From positions 32,986,001 to 33,050,000 of the forward strand of contig OZ076409.1 in the NCBI GenBank assembly GCA_964187785.1: DNA of 64,000 nt. The letters are read 5' to 3'. The DNA is from Amphiscolops sp. MND2022 (Eukaryota). This document shows, piece by piece, positions 49,501 through 60,586 of this stretch. The notes below the pieces were generated by a model. It saw only the letters and a list, made by a program, of their open reading frames with translations, ran no database searches and was not told where the DNA came from. Within the stretch, counting starts at the first letter, position 1. Each line of letters begins with the position of its first letter. Position numbers and translations under genes: made by a program.

Positions 49501-51057
49501 AACGTCTTGGCAGTAGTATTTTGTACTACCAAGCACAAAATAAGGGTTTTGGGCTTTTGTGAAGTCTCAAGTGAAAGTGCCTGAAGCTTTGCTCTCGTCA
49601 TATTTGGTCCAAAAGGCCAAATTTGCTTCTTTTTGACCAAATTTTGCTAAATTTTTTGGTGTTTTCGCAATTTAGCCAAACCCACATTTTCTGTTCCTGA
49701 CCTGATAGGTCTAATGAAACGTTTTTATCGTATTTCCACTGATCGTACCTTCTTCTGAAAGTTTTGGCTTTTGAAAGTCACAAACTGAGCGAGTGTTAGG
49801 TGTTAAAACATTGTTTAACATTGTTAGGTGTTAAATCTAGCTCGCTAGAATTTTTCGGAAAACTATCGGAATACCTTCTGATTTTTTTTCTGAGTTTCTA
49901 CCAAAGAGGGTACGCCTGGGAAAAAGCCTTAAGAGCTGCCAAACAAAACTTGAACAAAGTAACCAAGAGGATTTTGGGTGCGTGAGATCGGCAATAAGGG
50001 GGTGGAGGGAGGTGTTGTTTGGAAGGACGTCACCACCTCATCACAGCTAGTGTAGACCTTCACTATGAGTCCTCACAGTTCTCATACCTTGCCAAAAAGC
50101 TGACATGAGATTTGAAAACCTTTTAAAACAAAATCCGGTTAAGCCGGATGAATATTTCCGAAGGGTACAAAAAGCAAAAAAGAGGTACTCTTCTATAAAC
50201 TCTTCTCGTTTCAGACCTCGGAAATACGCAGGAAACGCAGGAATTTTGTCAGACGAAAACCTACAAGGCTTGAATACCTCAATAAAAACAAACTAGGAAT
50301 ATCCAATAATTTTGCCTCGATCTAACAGGACCTGAAAGCAGGAAAAACTCCCAGTATGACACAAAAATGAAAAAAAAATCCCTCTGTGGTCGCCATAAAA
50401 GGTGCTTTTGATGTAACGTCCAGCTAGCAGCGTACATCAAAGAAGTGGTACAAAGCCTAGATTGCTTGAACAGGCGACTAGTATCTTACTACAAGCTAGA
50501 CATTAGTTTTTAATTCCAAAATGGCACTCTCAAAGTCCGGACACGCCCCACAAGCCTGTAAAAACTAATCCTAAGGTTCCTAACATTCCTGCGACCTCCT
50601 ACACACTCCGTAGGACCGAAAACAGATGTCTAGCAAAGGCACGTTTTATTAGTTGAATAGTATCTAAATAATGAAAATGGGGATCTACTAGATCAGGTAC
50701 CACCATCAATCTTTTAAACAACATTCAAAATAACAAAATAATTTGAAATCAGTACTTCCAACATTCTCATGAAATTTTCAGGGTTTTTAGTGCAAACCTT
50801 CGAAGGGTTACTTCGTTCTTCTGGGTGTTTTTGGACATCTTCCTGGGTTAGACGGCACAACACCGTGTTTTTCCGTCAGTTTTCAGCCTTTTCTGGGTTC
50901 TGTCTCCATGTCTTCTGTGCTTTCTAGGGTCCGGGACGGTTCTTTGCGTTCTTCTTGCGTCTCTTTTTGATTTCAGGGACCTGCCCGTTCGACCATTTTG
51001 AATCGCACACTTTTTGAACTTTCATCGAATTTTTGTTATCAACTGGTTGACGTTACA
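46591..51057 (-). mobile_element. Element B' (duplicated 5' half of B: LTR 50412-51057, PBS 50378-50395, leader, gag to 46591)
   Basis: 43400-46622 is colinear with 48420-51720, including the same ~600-bp flank outside the LTR. Gag ORFs at 47479-47862, 47126-47482 and 46591-47202. Confidence 0.85.
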
Positions 51058-51611
51058 AATGGTTCTCATATCGAGTCAGGGTTTTGCTTTGTAAAGCTTT
51101 TGGTTTTTGCTTTTTGTTACTTGTACGACTATACTACATTCTTTCTGTATTAAAATCCATTTTCTATGGATGGAATTCAAAAATCTCAAATTCTTTCCTT
51201 TTTGTTTTGTTTTGTTTCCGTTGTCTAGATCAGATGGCCACTGGGGAAAGGACAGTCAGGAGTCGTGGATTGGGATAAAGATTAGTCCTAAATTTTTTGA
51301 TCTTTCGTCTTTGTTGTGAGAATTGGGTACTTGAGGCTTTAGAATGACGCCGACTTTCCATCGGCGTTGTTGTTTGTTTCAGACGTTTTTCAAAAAAAAG
51401 TTTTCAAATTATGGTTTCCATCACTAACCAGGGCTGGTCCAGGGCTGGCCAGGTCTAAAAGTGTTCACTGCCAACGGTGGAGTATGAGTGTAACTGTCAT
51501 GGAATCGTAGTACGGGTTTTTTTAGTATATCGATTCGAAAGCATGGTGTTTTCATTGACTCTGTGTTCAGATTTTTGTGACGATGATAAGTTTAGACATC
51601 TGTAAAACTTT

Positions 51612-51695
51612 CCATTAGTTTCGTGGTTCATTCTTTAGCCATTAGTTTCGTGGTTCATTCTTTAGCCATTAGTTTCGTGGTTCATTCTTTAGCCA
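51612..51695 (+). repeat. 27-bp tandem repeat x3 (CCATTAGTTTCGTGGTTCATTCTTTAG)
   Basis: Read directly; present as a single copy in the paralogous flank at ~46568. Confidence 0.9.
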
Positions 51696-52541
51696 CGCTC
51701 GGTGTATGGGTCTGATTCATATGGCGTGCAATTAATGTGAATTACCCGTTCGTAAAAGTTAATTCTCAGTACTCGCATGTTAACAAGTGTAGATTCTTGT
51801 TTCGGAAGCGAGTCCACTTTGAACAGGGTTTGCAGCACGCCAGTAGAATTTTGTGCCCTGTGTTATAAAAAGTGTAATCAAATGTCATTTTTTTTCTTTT
51901 TTCGTCAATTTTAGACTGCATTTTGCAAATTGCAAATGATGCTTAAAATCTTTTTATTGACACCGCAGGCTCTTTTTCACCCCTGATTTTTTGCTAGCCG
52001 AGTTTGCACCCCACCGCGACAATTGAAGAAGCTTTGAAAGCAAATCGATGAAAACCTTTACGCTAGAAAATTCAATTTGTAGTCATGTAGTCAGTCATAA
52101 AAAAATGCATCCACTGGATATATTTGTGTCTCGTGTCTTGTCATACATCATATGGTTACCCCTTAGGAAAAGTGTTACTCCCGTGGACTTATTACCGTAA
52201 CAATTTAATCACGGCCTGCTTCCGTTTCTCCGGTTCCGAGTTAATCAGAAAATCATTAATTTTGCCTCCTCTGAGGGACAGAAAACAGCGCTCTAATTCT
52301 GCTGAATACGGCCAGGTGAGACAACGACACTATATTTCACAGCTACTTATAGTATTTCAACCCTATTTTTTTGGTTTTCTTCCTAACCAGTTTGTTAACT
52401 TGCTTTGATTTTGATTGTACGCGTTAGATTGAATCACAGTTTTCTTCCTTTTTTTCTTTGAGTTGACTTTCAGATTTCTTTTACTCTTTTTGTGCAATCA
52501 ACGAAACCGTGCATTTGTTAGACTGATGTAAGTATACTTAT

Positions 52542-52617
52542 GCTTTCTTCAAAATGACTTCGGCATAAAATCAAGCTTATAAGCTTGATTTTTTGCCGAA
52601 GTCAATTTGGAGAAAGC
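52542..52617. repeat. 76-bp loopless palindrome
   Basis: 38-nt arms with 3 mismatches, centre ...AAGCTTA|TAAGCTT... Confidence 0.9.
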
Positions 52618-53403
52618 CCCTTGTAACAAGAAGCCACGTGATCTGGCTAAGGAAAACTGCTTTTCTTGCAAGCATCTTGCATGCATCTATCTAGCAAAAT
52701 AATGCATTTTTCAAATTTCTCTAAAGAATATTGCAACAGAATCTTGAAAGAATTGTTATCTATAATGAATTGCTGGCAACCTCGTTGCTAGCAATGCAAT
52801 TCTGTAAACTTTCTAGTAAGACTCTTGTATAAAAATACACGAGCTTGGTGCCGAAACATAAGAAAAGCAAAGAAATCAACGCAATACGGTAATTACTTTG
52901 CTGAAGCAAAAAGAACACAATTTCCGGAAACTTGGGGCTAACCCTCCCGAAAAGACAAATTAGTTGGTCTCAAAACACCAGCTGAGACCAACCAAGGAAT
53001 ACCAAACGATCCAGATGTAACGAAAATCAACACAATTTTCTACTATTCGAGCTTATAATGGTCGGAGTGCTCAACTGGCCTATAATTCGGAGTGCTCAAC
53101 ATGGGTACTCAGCCTGTGTAAACTCTATGAAACTTCATTGTTTAAAAGAATGTTCAATTGTTTCAAAAAAGGCTTTTTACACCACTGAAGCACGAATTTT
53201 CGCAAAAGCACTGCAATGTACGTGCAATAGCCGCTGTAACAGTTTACATACACTATGGAATTGAAAAATATTTGTGAACAAACTTGTATCATTGACCTAA
53301 GAAAGGTTTCATTTCCTTAAATCAATCAATTTTTATTATTCATGTTGAAATAAATGACCAGAGGTCCGCGGTTCACAACATCATGAATATATTCATGAAT
53401 ATA

Positions 53404-53547
53404 CAGCTGAAATGTATTGTTAACTTACTTTCCCAATTCTTTGACATAGATTGATATCTTTCCTCTAGATAACTATAGTTATCTAGAGGAAAGATATCAA
53501 TCTATGTCAAAGAATTTGGGATGTATATTAACAATACATTTCAGCTG
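53404..53547. repeat. ~144-bp loopless palindrome
   Basis: Perfect 41-nt arms at 53435-53475/53476-53516, with imperfect extension to the CAGCTG ends. Confidence 0.95.
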
Positions 53548-53738
53548 GGGTTACTCTAGGTTCAACATTAGGTCCTTTCGTTCCTTTGATTTACATGAAT
53601 GATCTCCTCAAAAGTGTTCAAATCAACGGAACAAACGGCGTTGTTGAACAAAAATATCAGAAGCAAAAACACATGTAAGTGTTTGGGACTATATATAAAT
53701 AGTAAAATGATATTCAGAGAAGGTATTGTACATATTGT

Positions 53739-54350
53739 TATAACGACCGGCTAGCGACGCACATCTAGGAAGAGGGACAATGCCTAGGTTGCTTAAACAG
53801 GAGACCGTTGTCTTACTACATACCTAGACACTAGTTTTTAATCCCAAAATGGTCTCCTGTAACAACGTTCCCTAATATTTCCAATGCGTTCCTACGACTT
53901 CCTACATACTTCCGAGGTCCAAAAAGGTGTTTAACTGAAATACATTATATTGAGTGAATAAGGACTAAAATGGAGACCTACTAGGTCTAACATTATCCAA
54001 ATACTCAGAAAATAGCAATAAACACGGGGATAAGCCCCAATTACTTTACAGTTTATCGTCGTCCGTCGATTTTCTGCCTCTGGGATCATTCTTCATCATC
54101 GGGCACTTTTCCGGAGAGATGGCACAACACTCCGATCTGCTCGTTCGTTCTTTTCTTCTGATCGCTTTCAATTTTCCCTCGCATTCTTCTTGTTTTTATA
54201 TTTTTCCACGTGCTCTCTTCTTTGCTCTGTCTTCGCGTGGCTTCCTTTTTTATTCATGTACTCGTACCTGCCATTTTGATTGTTCCATTTTGATATCGCA
54301 CATTTTGAATTTTTCATCGAAATTTTGTCATGCCGGTGGCAGACGTTACT
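53739..54350 (-). repeat. Element C 3' LTR
   Basis: Direct repeat of 63199-63817. Confidence 0.9.
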
Positions 54351-54358
54351 TCCCCCCC
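54351..54358 (-). promoter_or_regulatory. Polypurine tract of element C
   Basis: GGGGGGGA immediately before the 3' LTR on the minus strand. Confidence 0.75.
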
Positions 54359-54924
54359 GGGCCGTAGTTTGTCGTCCTCGGCGAACGAAAGGGTGTTTAT
54401 ACCCAGAGGGTAATTGCGATAACGGGAATCGGCTGAATAGCCAGACAAAATTTTATCGTTTTTGTTTCATTTTCTTTTGGTTTTTCTACTTTATCCTCTT
54501 GCACTAGTGCCAATAAATTTTAACCAGCTCAAAGGTACTGAAGAAAATCACAAGTAAGACAGTTGATATAAAAATCTACTTGCAGTCTAGGTTAAAATCC
54601 TTTTTTAAAAGATGCTCTTGCATGGCGTGAGTAATAATAACTGATTCTTGGTAGTAACCTCGAATTACTAAGCTTAAGAGGAAAGGGCCCTGGCTCAGGG
54701 CTCATCCACATGATACAAATCAACTAAAAATTCAAGCAAATTATAGAATGTATTCTATGAAGCACCGAACTAAAATGAGCGGCAATGCGCGGTGAATCCG
54801 GCAAGGTTGCCAAAACAAAAATTGGCTTATGTACTATAGTAAGTAGTTGGCATTTTGTTTGTTTTCTTGTTTCTGCTTAGTTAGCATGAGTTGTACTTTT
54901 TCCTTGTATTGCGGGGGCTGTAGA

Positions 54925-56940
54925 TCAGGGTTCGATGTGAGCCGCTGGCTCCAGGTTTGTGGAGTGCTCCGCCACGAAGGGAGGGTATCGGCTAGAGTCA
55001 TCGATTGTTAGCAAGTTGTTCAATTCCGACTCTATGTCAGCCGCGTCCATTTGAAACATTACCATGTCAGGTTCATCTTGAGCTGGAGTGACTGCACCAG
55101 ATAAGGTAAAATTGTCGTCGGTCATGGCTTCAACAGGGGGAACCGCAGTGATCGAAGATTTTTCTTGATCAATTTCCATTCGCGCTTCAATTCTATTTGG
55201 AGGTGGCATTTCGGGCGGCAACTGTTGCGAACTGCCAGGGGCAGCTATACTTATTTGGTTGTTTCCACTGGTTATGCATCCCAGTGGGAGTTCGGGCAGA
55301 TTGTCGGCTAATTCTTGGCGGCCATACTGTATGAATAGCTTCTTGAAGATCTGGATGCCTCGTGCGTGTTCTTCACCAACTGATTGTCCTCGTTCGTTCA
55401 GTCTGCTATGCAGACTCAGGAATATCTCCAGCGCAGCGCGCGGATTGCTGGGGACTTCGGTGCTAACTGGCAGAAATCTTTTGCTTGGCTCTCGGGCTAC
55501 AGAGGGTATCGTGGCTTTCATGTGCAGATATTGTTGGTGGACAGCTGAATCAACTAACTCTGGTTTTGACCAGCATGTCATTGCGTCCAGGATGCGTGCG
55601 GTGTGTACGCGTGCGTTGGTTCGGTCACAATATATTCGCGAGGTGTCGTAAACATAGGGATAGCGCAACCCAGTGTGTGCTTCGCCTCGGTTCCTGCCTT
55701 CTAATCTCTGGATTTTTGTTGCCAAGACTCTCAGGACCACTTCCGTGTTCCAGTCTGCGAAAGAGTCTGCAGCGCCCGTTTCTTGGTTCAGGGGGATATG
55801 TAACCATGCGACCGGAAGAAACTCCATAGGCATTGAGAGAGCACATCGCGCACGTCCTCGGATAATCGATGTGAAATTGTTTTCCACCTGTTTCTTTTCT
55901 TTGATGATCGTATATGCAATGGGTGGTCGCAGTGATGTGAAACTCCTGACTGCTGTCTGATAGGTTGGGCCCCAGTGGGATCCGTCTGATGTCACAAAGT
56001 GCAAAATGGATAGGGTGGGGGCAAGTGCTGCCAATCGTAGGGTTTGCGTAGGATATCGCAACGCCATAACTGCTCCGAAGATTGGCCAGACTATGGGGGC
56101 GATTAAGGGCATTAGATCTTCCGTCTCTACTAGCATGAAGGTGGCGATCTGGGAAGGGAAGAGTAAACCTGGTAGTTGGTTGGGCTTTCTGTTGACTGCA
56201 GGGTTTTCATCCAGTGGATGCATGATCCCCGCTCCGTTTACCCACGTAGAATAAATCGATGCGAGGAGGGCTTCAGTTTTAAGTTCCAATTGTTACTTTA
56301 ATTGCAAGGGACCTGCAGGGTCCAGTGCGGGTAGAATTGCATTTATCCAGTTCTTTTGATTCTGGGAATACACCCAGATGCTGGAGAGACATAACCCTCC
56401 TTGTCGAATATCAGTTTTGCAGCAGGCCGGTAGGTCCTTTGTACACTGTGTGTAGACCAACTGCCATTGTGGATGCCAAGATTTCACTCATTGTTGCTTC
56501 TTGCATTGCTTCTACATACAAGGGTGTCTGCTGGTCATCTAATTTGTATTGTGCTTGCACGAAGTTAGGAAACCAGAATGAGAAAATGTTACATAAAAGC
56601 ACTGGAAACGGGATTTCTAGTCGCACTGCGACTTGATTTAGTGTTTCGCGCAAGGATTGGTGCCACGTCTGATACGTCTGTCGGGGCTCAGCTTTGTTCT
56701 GTTCGGCTAGGTTTTGCGCCATCACTACCAATAACGTCAAAGTGGGCGATGCCATTCCAGGTTGCGCGTCCAAAGCTACTGTAGCTGTTGGGAATACGGT
56801 TGTGTTGGTTCTCTCTGTTTTAATCGATTCTGTCACTTTAAATAGAGCTAGTACCATGAATTATCCACTAGGTGTTCACGATCTCTTTCGTTAGGATCAA
56901 TTACTTGACGGATACCCTGCTCGTTCAAGGATCGATTTAA
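54925..56940 (-). CDS. Element C accessory protein of unknown function (454-aa open C-terminal part, upstream part disrupted)
   Basis: ORFs 54925-56289, 56293-56487 and 56411-56857 read as one coding region homologous to element B 34375-35520. Confidence 0.7.
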
Positions 56941-59900
56941 TCCCAATTCGCAGGCGAATGCAGTTTTTCGTCTGTCGCATTTTTTAGGTGGTATTTGCCA
57001 GAAGGCCCACGCTAAGTCAATACTTGTGAAGGTTTTTGCATAAAGGTTGTTTTAAACATAAAGGTTGTCGGCTGTGCTTTTTCGAGGACAGTCTCACCAT
57101 GAAGTATCAAGTTTTCATTGGGTGTCCGGTTTCTCACGGCTAAGAACACTGTGCCGTCTTCTCCTACCGAAATTAGGGTGTTTTTTGAAACAAATGGACA
57201 TCAATTGTGCACACCGCTGGGGTGTATCATTACGTTGCGGTGAAGGTATTCGTTCGGATTTTGGGTTATGATTTGGGCCCTGACTGATGTGCGTTCAAAT
57301 GGACCTAGTACAAATTCGGTGGAAATTACTAAGGATGGTTCATGGTCACTAACCTCATGGACTGGTTTGAATTGGCGAGGAGTCTTGGGGTCGCGTATGG
57401 TGACCCTCATTGCGGTTAGGTCCACGAGGACGTTGTAGGTGCCCAGGAAAATGCGGCCTTGCAGGACGTCTTCAGCTCCCAAATGGTCTGCGATGACTAT
57501 GAAATTTGTCTTCAGCGTATGACCACCTAGTTGGAAGTTTACATTCTCGGCTATGCCAATGGTGTTTATGGTCTTGCCGTTGGCTGCGTACAGCTGGATT
57601 TCATATGGTAGAAGTCTTTTGGTATGCGGAAGATGAAAGGATAGAGACTCCAGAACATGTGTATATCATGCCATACAAAAGAATGGGCTCTTGGAGGGTG
57701 CTGCCAAAGGCAACTACCAGAGATGCTCTTTCGTCTATCCTAGCTTCCCCCTGAGTGTCTTGCACGCGAATATTATAGCATCGAAATTCTTGGCGGCCTA
57801 AGTACAATCCCTGTAGGGCGTGTCCTTCTAGGTCTACTATTGCGTCGAATCTCATGTCAACGCCATCTATGTTGATAGCAACAGGAACCGGAGAAAATGT
57901 TTTTACTTTTTGGATAGGTGCTAGTTTAGTTTCATCTTCCCTAGCGAAGTGTGACAATGGTCGAGCGGCAATTGTGTATTTGGTATTCCTACACAACTCT
58001 TCTTTCAATTGAGCTAGCGTCAGTTCAGGGCGCGACTTTTGTTCGGCCGAAGGGAGCAGATGTATAGAAATGAGGGTTTCGTTGCACTTCGGTGCTGGCT
58101 CTTCTAACGTGGTGAGTACCTGTTTTTCGCCGCAGTTGACGATAATGGGGCGTGAGGGGCCTCGGGCCTCCGCGACCGAAATTACTCGGACTTGATCGTC
58201 CTGTGTGACACCGTCGAACTGGTTGGGCTGATGGGTATACCATGCCACTCTAATTTGTTTTTCTTGTCTCGGGTGTTCTGGAGTCATACACTCGAATGCT
58301 GAATGTTCGGTGCAGCCACAATTCACGCAAAAGGCGACGGTTTCCTGGATTGGTAGTGATGCTGGGTAGATCTCGTTATTCAACCCGTGTGGCTGTGATG
58401 GACAAGTCCATCTTCCGGTTGGGTTCGTATGACAAGAGTTTACTTGTTGTTGTACTGGCTTTCGTGCGCGATCTTTCAGTGGACAATCTATTACGAAGTG
58501 TGATGGATCGCCACTATTGAAACATGCTCTTTGAGGTTGTTGTCGGTAGGGTGCCGGCTGTTGAGGCTTTGGCTACGCAAGCCTTCAAGGGCGTCTAGGT
58601 ACTGCATGTAGTCTTCTTCATTGTTTTGGTTTCGGGTTCTAAATTGTTGTTGGATGTGGATCTTACTTGACCCAGTTCCAAATCGACGTGCCAATAATGC
58701 GAAGACTTTTTCGTCTGTGTCCCTTTCCGCCTCAGATTTGTTTGTGATATAATCTCCTGCCTCGTGCTCGAGGCATTCAATTATTGTCCAGCCTTTGTCA
58801 ATATGAGTTGCCCTGGCATGTGCTTTTTCATAATGGGGCTTCATTAACTTCATCCATCTATCAGTATTGCTATCTTTCGTTCCTCCTCGAAATTTCGTGG
58901 GTTTGTTTTTTGATTCTTTTGTCGCTAGCACTTGCCAGCGCTTGTCGTTGACTCGTCCTCGGAGTATCGGGGGTTGCTTTCGAATCTTCTGAAGTTTCTC
59001 CCATTTCACTTTGATCTTGTTCCAATACTCGTTTGGTTGTAAGTTTGCGCTGCGTGCTAGTGACCACCGGCCGGGGGACTAGGTCTACGTATGTTTGCCT
59101 GGGTTGATTGGTACTTGTGTTGGTTCGCGCAGTGTAATAGTTTGATTCTCTGGTAGTCATTTCGCTCGCAGGCGAATAATAGTCTCCCGTTGTCGATGCA
59201 CCATGGGCGTAAGGATCGAATGAGACGCTAGTCAATGTGTCTGTACCAGCGTCACGTGGTTCGGTTTGGATGACCCTTGCCATTTTGTTGGTTTTTTGGG
59301 GGTCCCTTTTATATGTTGCGGGCGGTATTAGTTTTAAGGGTTTGTCTTGCTCGATGTTGGGTGGCGCCACTTTCCGATAGGTGGCTTGGGTTGGTAGTTG
59401 GGCTCCGCTGGTAGAAGGTAAATCGCTCGGGTGGGGTACCATAGGCGACACTGGCGCTGCCCTTGCTTGCACAGCGGCTGTTTGAGACGCTAAGGCTCTC
59501 TTTCCCAACGTTAGATCTTTCATTGTAGTCATTAGGTCTATCATGCGTGTTTCCCTGCGCTGCATGAGATCAGACATTAGCTTCATTCGTTCGTCGGCTT
59601 GACGATCTCTTTCTTTCATCACGGCTGACATTTCAGCCATGCGAGTATCGGATAAATTTTCCCGCTGTTTGATTAGGTCGTTCAGGGAGGCCATAAACGC
59701 TTCGAGTCTTCCTCGGTTCTGACGTCCTTCTGCTTGTATTTCTAGGAGGCCTTTTCTCATTTCGTCCATGTCTCTCATGATCACATCGGCGCGCATTACG
59801 TGTTTGCCGTTTTCTCGTGCTAATCGTGAATGTACTTGGGAGAGTTGGGCGAGACTTTTTTGGAAATCTTCCCTGGCCGCCTGCGATTCCTTTCGGATCT

Positions 59901-60586
59901 TCGTGATGGTCGAACCTGGGGCTGTTTCTGCACTGGCTCTCGAGTTAGGCGTATGGTTTGATCGTTCAATATTTTCTGGGTAGATGTTCAGATTTCTTGA
60001 TGGAGGCGTTCTGAAGACATACCGCAGTGGGTTATCTTCAATTTGGGTTGATTGATTTTCGTTTGGTTTGTTCGATCCCTTGGATGTGTTTCCTGGTTGC
60101 GTGTATCCAATCAGAAAAGGATTTCGGTCTGCGCAGTTGGTCAGCGTGTGGGAACCCGATGGGTTTCTGTGGATTGATGGTGTGCGGGGAGCCGCAACGG
60201 AGTTGTGACATTACTGTCTTGCGATGCTGCTTCTTCGGTGGTATCTATTCCGCACAATGGTCTGTTGTTTGAATTCGGCCATTCCCTTAAACTGTAGTCA
60301 GTGACCTTCGAGGAGGCTATGTATTATTTTGCGTGGCGGTTTCAACACCATCCACTGGATCGAAACTATCGGGGGAAGCTGGCGACGAACCGGGTTGTTC
60401 GGCAGCAGCTGTTGTTTCTGCACTTTGTTTCGAATTGGGGATGTAGTCGGACATGATCTCTGAAAACATATCTGCAATGGTGGATTCAAGGAGATCTTCG
60501 GTGAAAGTATCCCATCTGGTCATGGTTTCTATTTCGTTGCCGAATGGATTTGTGGCATGGAAAGTTCCGAAATCATTCTCATCCAT
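56941..60586 (-). pseudogene. gag: Element C gag-protease plus a short RT stub
   Basis: Coiled-coil gag (58870-59796), capsid-like 58491-59009, knuckle CVNCGCTEHSAFEC, degenerate protease GMIYTCSGVSIL...IFLG, and RT stub FTSIDLAWAFWQIP...KTAFACELGL at 56941-57030. Confidence 0.85.

Noticed and set aside
51612..51695. 27-bp repeats as a CRISPR array
   Set aside because: Head-to-tail with no spacers, in a eukaryotic context with no cas genes.
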